The position numbers and the translations under genes were made by a program. Under the pieces are notes generated by a model, which had not been told where the DNA came from, ran no database searches, and saw nothing but the letters and a program-made list of their open reading frames with translations. A stretch of DNA of 60,740 nucleotides, filler included. It is 4 parts of 4 records of this genome, joined end to end, with 100 filler letters (N's around TTAATTAATTAA, not from the genome) between each part and the next. Parts side by side here need not be neighbours in the genome. Positions count along the whole stretch, not along the records: positions 15,130 to 46,618 come from SRR20825019_2812; 3 more parts are not named here. One strand, written 5' to 3'. Shown here in pieces: positions 22,083-29,872 of this stretch (positions are counted from its first letter, which is position 1; each line of letters starts with the position of its first letter).

Positions 22083-22664
22083 ATGAAATCAGAAGAGGTA
22101 GATCGATTTTTAGGGAAAGTAAAAAAGTGGAAAGAAGAAATGAGCGTTTTGCGGAAAATCTGTCTGGACTGTGGATTGACCGAAGAATTCAAATGGATGC
22201 ATCCATGCTACACCTTGCAAGGAAAGAACATCGTTTTAATTCACCAGTTTAAAGATTATTGTGCGCTGCTCTTCCACAAAGGTGTCTTGATGAACGATAC
22301 AGAGAACATATTAATCCAACAAACGGAAAATGTTCAATCCGCACGTCAAATTCGATTTACAAACGTTACCGAAATTGTGGAACTCGAAGCGATCATAAAA
22401 ACATACATTTTCGAAGCTGTCGAGATCGAAAAAGCAGGGCTAGAGGTGAAAATGAAAAAAACATCAGAGTTCAATGTACCGGAGGAACTTCAGCTAAAAT
22501 TTCAAGAAATTCAGGGCTTAGAAGCTGCGTTTAAAGCCTTAACCCCTGGACGACAAAAAGGCTATCTACTTTATTTTTCGCAGGCAAAACAGTCCAAAAC
22601 GCGGGAATCTAGGATTGAAAAATACATTCCAAGAATCTACGAAGGAAAAGGGTTGAACGATTAA
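22083..22664 (+). CDS. YdeI/OmpD-associated family protein
   Basis: KWMHPCY, LLFHKGVL, ALTPGRQKGY, AKQSKTRESRIEK. Confidence 0.9.
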   Translation: MKSEEVDRFLGKVKKWKEEMSVLRKICLDCGLTEEFKWMHPCYTLQGKNIVLIHQFKDYCALLFHKGVLMNDTENILIQQTENVQSARQIRFTNVTEIVELEAIIKTYIFEAVEIEKAGLEVKMKKTSEFNVPEELQLKFQEIQGLEAAFKALTPGRQKGYLLYFSQAKQSKTRESRIEKYIPRIYEGKGLND

Positions 22665-22698
22665 TAGTGACCAATTAATAGGGTTCATTCATTGCCAC

Positions 22699-22735
22699 AA
22701 AAAAGAAAGACTGTCCTCTCAGACAGCCTTTCTTC
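22699..22735. terminator. Bidirectional terminator
   Basis: AAGAAAGACTGTC-CTCTCA-GACAGCCTTTCTT between convergent genes. Confidence 0.7.
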
Positions 22736-22757
22736 TCTTAATAATCGAACTATTCGG

Positions 22758-23234
22758 TTACTTCTTTTTATTTCTCAGTCCATCACTCACGCCGAGTAAA
22801 AAGATCAAGCCATAAACAATCGGAATTATTGGAATTGCTTGTATTGCGCCAGGTCCTGAGTTTGGTGAACAACCGACGTCTGTTTTAATGGCATTCATTG
22901 CGAATTTAGCTTCTGGAAGTGCTGCATAAACGTCTTTCAACGAAGTGTGTATCGCATCGAAATCCTCCATTCTTTTAACCGAAGGAATGATCTTTTCGGT
23001 CAGACTTTTTTGCAAATCAACAGCGGTATAGGGATAGTCTGTACTAAAATCTTTTGATCCTATGCTTGACCCCTTCATGTAGTAGTTGAACAAAAATGGA
23101 AGGAGTTCAATCCACCAATCAGGAGTTGAGATACATTCCGTATTTGTCAATAACTGTTTTGTCTGAAGACTTCCGCTTGAAGACTTTCCGCGAAGGAAAA
23201 GTTCAACATTTCCAAGTGATAATATTTCATTCAT
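22758..23234 (-). CDS. Hypothetical protein (~158 aa) with C-terminal hydrophobic GxxxG tail; paralog of next gene
   Basis: Start MNEILSLG; tail IPIIPIVYGLIFLLGVSDGLRNKKK. Confidence 0.8.
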   Translation of the reverse strand: MNEILSLGNVELFLRGKSSSGSLQTKQLLTNTECISTPDWWIELLPFLFNYYMKGSSIGSKDFSTDYPYTAVDLQKSLTEKIIPSVKRMEDFDAIHTSLKDVYAALPEAKFAMNAIKTDVGCSPNSGPGAIQAIPIIPIVYGLIFLLGVSDGLRNKKK

Positions 23235-23253
23235 GATTTCTGTTTTTAATGTC

Positions 23254-23724
23254 TTACTTACCACCAAAAAAGTAGCCTATACCATATCCAATTGCGTACA
23301 CCGCTACAGCTCTAACTACAATTACAGCAATCACCGGCGGAATCATCATAAGTGTTGGATCACTGCTGTTTCCAAGACTTTCTTTCACTTTGTCACTGTA
23401 TTCAGCAACAAGCATTTTCATCTCTGGGTATTCGTAAAAAATTTCCTTGACGATCGTATCTGCTTCTTCAACGCTGGTCGCTTGTTTCAATTTTGGGATA
23501 AGTTGATTTTCAATACGGAAACCCAACTCTTTCACGGAATCAGGAGTTTGATTGACGCTCGCATTTTTAACCAATTCATTTGAACGCGCAAATAGGTCGA
23601 ACATTGGAGGAAAGAAGAAATCAAAAATCGGTGGCCATTTGATGCAGCCGTCTGTTCTGAAGTCGTTAGGAGATTGTTTCTTTAAGATCAATTCAAATTC
23701 TCCAAGTGATAATAAATTACTCAT
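23254..23724 (-). CDS. Hypothetical protein (~156 aa) with C-terminal hydrophobic GxxxG tail
   Basis: Start MSNLLSLG aligns with the paralog; tail IPPVIAVIVVRAVAVYAIGYGIGYFFGGK. Confidence 0.8.
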   Translation of the reverse strand: MSNLLSLGEFELILKKQSPNDFRTDGCIKWPPIFDFFFPPMFDLFARSNELVKNASVNQTPDSVKELGFRIENQLIPKLKQATSVEEADTIVKEIFYEYPEMKMLVAEYSDKVKESLGNSSDPTLMMIPPVIAVIVVRAVAVYAIGYGIGYFFGGK

Positions 23725-23803
23725 ATTAGTTTTTTTTAAGTTGCCTACTCTATGAAGGACTTTTCGGCTTTCGTCCTGATGAATTTGCATCCAATCATTG
23801 ATG

Positions 23804-23831
23804 AGTGCCGTTCAGTTCAAGAACCTAACCA
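23804..23831 (-). promoter_or_regulatory. Putative ECF-sigma promoter TGGTTAG-N17-CACT
   Basis: Same motif and spacing as the sites at 28346-28373 and 28397-28424. Confidence 0.75.
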
Positions 23832-24014
23832 TGAATGTGTTTTTAAAAAAAATATTTTTTTAATAGGCTGTGAGTCAGTTGTTTATAATAGTGAGAAATA
23901 CTTCTATCCGCCACTATTTTATCATTGAAATGGGAATTATTGTTGAACTTACTTAGATTCGAACTTGTGAAAACAGTACATTAGATAATGGAAAATCGCG
24001 CAACGGAAGATTTC

Positions 24015-26783
24015 CTACTTGGACAATTGTGCTCTTCGTTTCAGTTTAATTAGGACGATCAGCAGAAAAATTCCAACCGTGGAGCCACCAAGTATCCACC
24101 AATTCCCCCAAGAAATATGGGTGTTGAGCGAAAGTTGATTCGAGCCTACCAATACCATGCTTGACCAATAATGTGGGTGCGCGCTAAATTCGTCGACGTT
24201 TTCGTTGCTCAAATACTGGCGCTTCGCGAAGGTCAGCGCTTTACTTGGGTTGTTTGCAGGTAATCTTTTATAAAAATCACTTAGAATTTCACTGTTCGCT
24301 GCGTGATTTACTTTCCAGAGCGATCCCATAATATTTCGACTCCCCGTTTGCGCAAAACTTTTAGACAAACTCATTACTCCTTCGCCTTTCATATAATCGC
24401 CCGAGCCAGTTTCGCATGCGCTTAGAACGATTAATTCAGGTGCACAATCGAGCGTCGCTAACTCGGAAGTCAATAGGTGACGTTTATTGATTGGGTCTTT
24501 ACCAGAAAAAGCGATGGAAGCTTGATGGAAGCGCTCGTCCCACGTTGTCGCATGTGTTGAAAGGTGAAGGATACGATAATAGGCTGCGTTCGCAATGAAT
24601 TTTTTCTTCGTCGCATCTTTCCCCAACAAGGAAATTCCACCCAATTTCAATCCTGCGTTGATTTCACTTTCCGAATACGGCAATTCAGCGTACTCTGAAC
24701 CATTTTTAAAGAGTGGAGCAATGCCTAAAAAATTTTCTTTGAATTGATTTTGGTGATGAGGCTTCATCAAACGCTTCATAGAATAAGCATACCTGATTTC
24801 ATAATTTCTGACGAGGTAATCTAGTTTCTTGAAATTGGTTCCTTTTCCTTTCGCAAATGCTTCAAACGGCAAAAGTGCGAGCGGTCCGTCGGGAATAATG
24901 AGTAGCTCGTGTTGTGAAAGATACGTTTCAAAAGGCTTTATAAAAGCTGAATAACAGCCAACAGCAGCACGTTTGTAGGAAGTGAATGCACCGTAATCAG
25001 GTGTCGCTAATTGTGTTCTAAGTATGTTTAAGCGGTTACTTAAGGTCTCCGAAACGGACTCAATATGTAGGTAAATTTTTCCCTTAATAATTCCAAAGCA
25101 ATACACATCTTGACTGCCGAAATAGTAGGTGATGGTGTTGACGGGAAATTTACGAATGAAACGGTCAAAATCACGCGTGTCAAAGGAGTTTGTTGTCGCC
25201 ATATTTCTATAAATGGCGGGATATTTCTTCTTTACAATCTCCGTAAGAAGCAATAGTTCTTGACTTAATTGAAAGTCCTGCTCTTTCAGAAATTTCATGG
25301 AAGCACCTTCGTTGTTAAGTCCCGCTTTGGACAATTGCGCTTGAATGGATTCTGAATAACTTCTGTATCGAATCAACTCTTGGATTTCCTTTGGTAATGA
25401 TTGCCGATTTTTCAGTGCACTGTCAAAGTTTGACTCGGATAAAAGAATCCCTTTCGTCTTTTCTGTCAATAAAACACCTTTCAGCAACCAGGATTCATCT
25501 TTTGAAAGCGCATAAAGTGATGTGATTACTTGAAGTGCCTCCTCACCAGTATCGTGTAATTCTCGAATGAATGACAGCTTTGAATCGAGATTCGTATATT
25601 CTCTTCTGTAAAGTCCCTCAGCCAAAAAGTAATATTCGTAATGTCTATAAGAATGTTCTAAATGGCCCTTCATCTTCTCTTTCTCGCCAAAAACACGGTA
25701 GGCTTCTGCTTTCTTCAGCAGCGCTTCCAAAATAATTACCTCGGGATATAATTGAGAAATGTTCGGAAGTTCATGATCCGATGTTGGATGGAAGCGAATA
25801 ATGACAGATTTAAGTGCCGATTGATAATGTGCAAGCGCTTCACTTGGATTTCCCTGTTTCAAAAGATTCTCTCCGCGGGCTAAACATAATTTACCCCAAG
25901 TTCTGTGTTGCCTTTCCGGTAGACACACCGTTAATTTGTTCTCGGCGAGCATGAAGTTGCGCTGGGCTTCTACAAAGTCACCTTTTTTGGTTAGAATCAT
26001 TCCAAGTGAAATATACGCACCAGCCTGATATCCCATGATTCGATAATCTCCTTCGATGCGTGAAAAATAAGCAAGACTGCTCATCGCGAAGCGGATTCCG
26101 GTGTCATATTCTTCGGTGTTCAGTGATGCAGCGGCAGCATTTGAAGCGAGTAATCCTTTCGCTTCATTGGATTCTCCAGAAAGTTGTAAGCCCTTGTTGT
26201 AACAATCAAGCGCACTTATAAAATCTCCTTTATTCGCGAATGCTAATCCTAAATCATTATAGCCTAAACCGATGAAATGTTTGTTGTCGACAGTAACGTT
26301 TGCTTCAATAAACTTAGTCAACAATCGAATGGCTTGCTCATTTTCTCCCAATCGAGTGTAAATATTTCCCAATGGGTGATATACGTGATTAATTACATTG
26401 AGGTCCAAATAATTGAATGCTTCAAAATCAATTAATACGTTTAGATAATCTTCTTTTGCTCCGAAATAATCGCCTCCTTCTGATTTGACATAACCTCTGT
26501 TCGTAATTGCCCAACACCAGGCTATTTTTTCTGCTTGAGTTGAAGGTTTGCGCCAGTTCGTGCGCTCCATTTCATCAATAATAGAGATTGCTTTTTTATA
26601 TTCCAACGACGCCAAGTGCTGCTTCGCAATTGCTTTGTGCGCATTGATCCAAAGCTCTAGTTTCTTTTGCTTCCGATAGGTCTGAATTTCATGCTTTAGT
26701 GCATCAATGGGGGCATTCGCATGTGCAACACTTGTCGCTAACGAAACAAAGACTAAAGCGACAAGAATCAGGGATTTCAACAA
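24015..26783 (-). CDS. Exported TPR-CHAT (caspase-like) protease with C-terminal membrane anchor
   Basis: Signal peptide ending AHA; TPR repeats; CHAT motifs LIIPDGPL, ILHLSTHA (His), VLSACETG (Cys), SLWKVN, HPHYWS; C-terminal TM followed by KLKRR. Confidence 0.93.
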   Translation of the reverse strand: MLKSLILVALVFVSLATSVAHANAPIDALKHEIQTYRKQKKLELWINAHKAIAKQHLASLEYKKAISIIDEMERTNWRKPSTQAEKIAWCWAITNRGYVKSEGGDYFGAKEDYLNVLIDFEAFNYLDLNVINHVYHPLGNIYTRLGENEQAIRLLTKFIEANVTVDNKHFIGLGYNDLGLAFANKGDFISALDCYNKGLQLSGESNEAKGLLASNAAAASLNTEEYDTGIRFAMSSLAYFSRIEGDYRIMGYQAGAYISLGMILTKKGDFVEAQRNFMLAENKLTVCLPERQHRTWGKLCLARGENLLKQGNPSEALAHYQSALKSVIIRFHPTSDHELPNISQLYPEVIILEALLKKAEAYRVFGEKEKMKGHLEHSYRHYEYYFLAEGLYRREYTNLDSKLSFIRELHDTGEEALQVITSLYALSKDESWLLKGVLLTEKTKGILLSESNFDSALKNRQSLPKEIQELIRYRSYSESIQAQLSKAGLNNEGASMKFLKEQDFQLSQELLLLTEIVKKKYPAIYRNMATTNSFDTRDFDRFIRKFPVNTITYYFGSQDVYCFGIIKGKIYLHIESVSETLSNRLNILRTQLATPDYGAFTSYKRAAVGCYSAFIKPFETYLSQHELLIIPDGPLALLPFEAFAKGKGTNFKKLDYLVRNYEIRYAYSMKRLMKPHHQNQFKENFLGIAPLFKNGSEYAELPYSESEINAGLKLGGISLLGKDATKKKFIANAAYYRILHLSTHATTWDERFHQASIAFSGKDPINKRHLLTSELATLDCAPELIVLSACETGSGDYMKGEGVMSLSKSFAQTGSRNIMGSLWKVNHAANSEILSDFYKRLPANNPSKALTFAKRQYLSNENVDEFSAHPHYWSSMVLVGSNQLSLNTHISWGNWWILGGSTVGIFLLIVLIKLKRRAQLSK

Positions 26784-26841
26784 CCAAACACCGTTTTAAA
26801 TGCACTGCGAAAATAAACAATTAGTTTGTACAACTCAACGC

Positions 26842-26872
26842 AAAAAAAGGACCTCACATCAATGAAGTCCTT
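26842..26872 (-). terminator. Rho-independent terminator between the 478-aa gene and CHAT
   Basis: Minus strand AAGGACTTCA-TTGATG-TGAGGTCCTTTTTTT. Confidence 0.75.
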
Positions 26873-26891
26873 CTAAAAAGTGTTTTTTAGG

Positions 26892-28328
26892 CTATTTTTT
26901 TTGCTTTTTTCGACTCAAGAACAGGAGTAAAAGTAAGAGTACAATAATTCCTAATAGAATATATACAATCCAACAGCCGCACCATTTTGACGGCTTTTCA
27001 TTAGTCAAAACAGGGTTGGGACACGTCGAAACAGCAATATTGGTGATTACAGGATCGTTTTCATCGAAAATAATGGCTGCTTTTGCCGTTATATCTTCAC
27101 CAATCACGTAATTATTTTTCACTTTCACTTCAAACGAAAACATATCTCTCGTTGTAGCGGGATCGTTTAAGAGCGTATCAGACAGTCCACTGAGGACTAG
27201 GTTGTGAAACTCGAAAATCACTTTGTGATTGCTCTGATCGATCCAATAATTTGCTTGGGTATTTGAAATAGTTGAAGGAAATCCAACAAGCGCATTGGAT
27301 TGATTTAAGGACATACCGTGCGGAAGTCGTGTTAAATGAATCGTTGACAAATCATGCATTTCATCAAGGCTTACTTCCACTTTTACATAACGTGTTTCCT
27401 TCTCACCCACATTTTGAAAGTGAATATTGTAGTTGAGGGTTTTACCGCCAACGACACAGTCGGTGTTTTCGGGAGTTACTTCAATTCTATTCGGATCGTG
27501 GGACCCGCTAAATTTCATTGCGATCGATGCCGTTTCTTCCGTGAAAATAGGAGAAGGAACTAAATCCGAACGGTGAAAGGTTATCGCAACGGGAAAACTT
27601 CCCGACTTTTCTGAACCTTTGTATCTAAATGGAAGTAACATTGACCGCTCTTCACCTGGATTAATTGGCGATCCGATATTCCATTTCAATTCGTGCGTGT
27701 TTCCTGCAAATGATTCGCAATGTGCCAAAAATGAGGGACGTGTGTTGTCATTCATCGCGTACTCAAAATCAGCGGAGTGCTCCCCAAAATCAAGGGTGAT
27801 ATAGCTTTCAGGATTCAGAACATTCCCACCTTCAGGATTTCCGTAAGTCACAATAAAATATACAATGTCACCTAAAACAGCATCACGGTAGTTGCGAATG
27901 TCGATATAATTTGAATTCGTTACGCCGTTCAGTATTTTCGGCAAACTTGGAACAAATGGCTGACTTAAATTTCCGTAGTTAATGTCTACACCAACCACAG
28001 GTGGAGGTCCCGTATTTCCATAATTTTCGGTAACAATTCCGAAAATTTTGTAGGACGAGGGAGGGAAGTTGGTTTTGATTTGACTAGGATTATGGAATGA
28101 ATGGGCTGCAGCCTGCCCCTGAATTATTCGGTAACCACCATCGCCGAACCACCATAAAGTGGTAAATACCGACCGTGGATTTGTGGGTTGAAATGCCGGA
28201 GTAATTTGAAATCTATCGCGATTTCCTGGAGTGTGTTGCACGGACTGCTGACTGAGCGTGAAACCGCTAAAAATCAGTAAAAATGCGGTTATCAAAGATG
28301 TAATTAAACGTTTAAACATAGGATTCAT
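26892..28328 (-). CDS. Exported, C-terminally anchored protein with PKD-like and DUF7619-like domains
   Basis: Signal peptide; WWFGDG; SHDPN...YNIHFQNVG...AAIIFDENDPVITN; C-terminal TM followed by RKKQKK. Confidence 0.8.
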   Translation of the reverse strand: MNPMFKRLITSLITAFLLIFSGFTLSQQSVQHTPGNRDRFQITPAFQPTNPRSVFTTLWWFGDGGYRIIQGQAAAHSFHNPSQIKTNFPPSSYKIFGIVTENYGNTGPPPVVGVDINYGNLSQPFVPSLPKILNGVTNSNYIDIRNYRDAVLGDIVYFIVTYGNPEGGNVLNPESYITLDFGEHSADFEYAMNDNTRPSFLAHCESFAGNTHELKWNIGSPINPGEERSMLLPFRYKGSEKSGSFPVAITFHRSDLVPSPIFTEETASIAMKFSGSHDPNRIEVTPENTDCVVGGKTLNYNIHFQNVGEKETRYVKVEVSLDEMHDLSTIHLTRLPHGMSLNQSNALVGFPSTISNTQANYWIDQSNHKVIFEFHNLVLSGLSDTLLNDPATTRDMFSFEVKVKNNYVIGEDITAKAAIIFDENDPVITNIAVSTCPNPVLTNEKPSKWCGCWIVYILLGIIVLLLLLLFLSRKKQKK

Positions 28329-28345
28329 TTTTATTATCCATCGTT

Positions 28346-28373
28346 AGTGCAATTCGACGGCTAAATCTAACCA
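28346..28373 (-). promoter_or_regulatory. Putative ECF-sigma promoter TGGTTAG-N17-CACT
   Basis: Located just upstream of the 478-aa gene start (28328). Confidence 0.75.
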
Positions 28374-28396
28374 AAAACAAATTATTTTTTTCTAAT

Positions 28397-28424
28397 TGGT
28401 TAGGGTTTCTTTCTTCGAGAGACT
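28397..28424 (+). promoter_or_regulatory. Putative autoregulatory ECF promoter TGGTTAG-N17-GACT
   Basis: Upstream of the sigma gene. Housekeeping-type TAnnTTTG boxes also occur at 28425-28432 and 28465-28472. Confidence 0.72.
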
Positions 28425-28479
28425 TACCTTTGAAATCAAAAAAAAGTCTGCGCACGGAAACGCGTATATTTGTCAAACT

Positions 28480-29073
28480 ATGCCAAGATTATTTAGAACA
28501 TATTCTGATCAGGAAGTTATAGAAGGAATCAAACAAGGAGGCGCGTCGGAAGACAAGGTGATTTCGTTCTTACTTAAAAAGAATGAATCTCCCATTTATG
28601 GCTATGTATTGAAGAATAGTGGTAATCGAGAAATGGCTTCGAGTATTTTGATCGAGGGAATTATGGAATTGTTGTTCAATGTGAGAAAAGGAGCATTTCG
28701 CGGTGAAAGCAGCTTGAATACCTATCTTTTTTCCATCTGCAAAGGACTTTGGCTCAAACACCTGCGTAAAGAAAAGAAACACGCGGATTGGAATGATCAG
28801 TTGGATGAAGCTTCGGAAGAAGATACGATCAAGGAACTTTACGGCGATTTAAAATTGAGCTTAGAAGCGGTTCTATCACATATCGGAGCAAGCTGTAAAA
28901 AAGTACTGGAATTGTGGAGTATGCATTATTCCATGACCGAAATTGCTCTACACATGTCCTATAAGAATGCGCAAATAGCTATGAATAAGAAAAATAAGTG
29001 TTTGACTGCACTTAAATCGCATGTCGCGTCGAATCAATCGTTGAAGGAGCACTTATTAAATTATCTGCAATGA
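28480..29073 (+). CDS. ECF-type RNA polymerase sigma factor
   Basis: Region 2: SSLNTYLFSICKGLW. Region 4: CKKVLELW...SMTEIA...KKNKC. Confidence 0.9.
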   Translation: MPRLFRTYSDQEVIEGIKQGGASEDKVISFLLKKNESPIYGYVLKNSGNREMASSILIEGIMELLFNVRKGAFRGESSLNTYLFSICKGLWLKHLRKEKKHADWNDQLDEASEEDTIKELYGDLKLSLEAVLSHIGASCKKVLELWSMHYSMTEIALHMSYKNAQIAMNKKNKCLTALKSHVASNQSLKEHLLNYLQ

Positions 29074-29801
29074 TGGAGACGGAAAAGAGAACGGAAGTAA
29101 TCGAAAATTATCTAAGTGGGAGGTTATCGGATGTCGAACGAATGGCATTTGAGAAGACACTTTCCGAAGATCCGCTTCTGCAGGAAGAAGTGAAAATTCA
29201 GCGCGGTTTAGGTCTTTTACTCGAAGCACGTGCGAAAGATCTGGAACGCCAACGGATTCATCAACTGCATCGTGGTGCAACTACTTCTTTTCCGTGGAGA
29301 AAAGTTATCGCTGCTGTTTTCATCTTAGCGTTGATCTCTGTGCCGGCTTATCTCTGGTTACAAACGTCGAATTCTACCAATTCTGTTGAGTTAGCCGCAG
29401 AATACTTCGCTCCGTATCCTGATAGAATTACACAAATGAGTCAAGGCGATAATGGTGATTTAGAAATAGCAATGAAACAGTACAATGCTGGAAATTATGC
29501 CTTGGCAATACCTTATTTTGAACAAGTTTCAAGCGATTCTTTGCCGATAGTGACCATCTACCTTGCCGTTTGCTATGTCGAAAATAATCAACCCGAAAAA
29601 TCAGTAGTACTGCTCCAATCTACTCTTGATTCGGGAGTGGAAAGCGCGTATATTCCTACGATCAATTGGTACTTGATACTTGCGCAGTTGAAAAATGATG
29701 ATGCTAAAAGTGCACAAAAACTCCTAGAGCACTATGTGAAGTCAGGTTATTCCTACAACCGTGAAAAAGCCATTGTGCTGAAGGAAGCGCTCAATCCCTA
29801 A
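29070..29801 (+). CDS. Putative anti-sigma factor (cytoplasmic N-domain, TM, periplasmic TPR)
   Basis: IENYLSGRLSDVERMAFE; TM KVIAAVFILALISVPAYLWL; TPR-like C-terminus; ATGA overlap with sigma. Confidence 0.8.
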   Translation: MMETEKRTEVIENYLSGRLSDVERMAFEKTLSEDPLLQEEVKIQRGLGLLLEARAKDLERQRIHQLHRGATTSFPWRKVIAAVFILALISVPAYLWLQTSNSTNSVELAAEYFAPYPDRITQMSQGDNGDLEIAMKQYNAGNYALAIPYFEQVSSDSLPIVTIYLAVCYVENNQPEKSVVLLQSTLDSGVESAYIPTINWYLILAQLKNDDAKSAQKLLEHYVKSGYSYNREKAIVLKEALNP

Positions 29802-29872
29802 AATTCTATCATCCTTACTCAAATGCGACCAAGTTCCTTCGTACTTAGTTGAAGCAAACAACGCTGAACGAC

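Noticed and set aside
23750-23810. Hammerhead ribozyme (CTGATGA near a hairpin)
   Set aside because: No stem II followed by GAAA and no closing stems in the required order.
25988-26015. Fourth TGGTTAG promoter copy
   Set aside because: It lies inside the CHAT gene and is not followed by (C/G)ACT at 17 nt.
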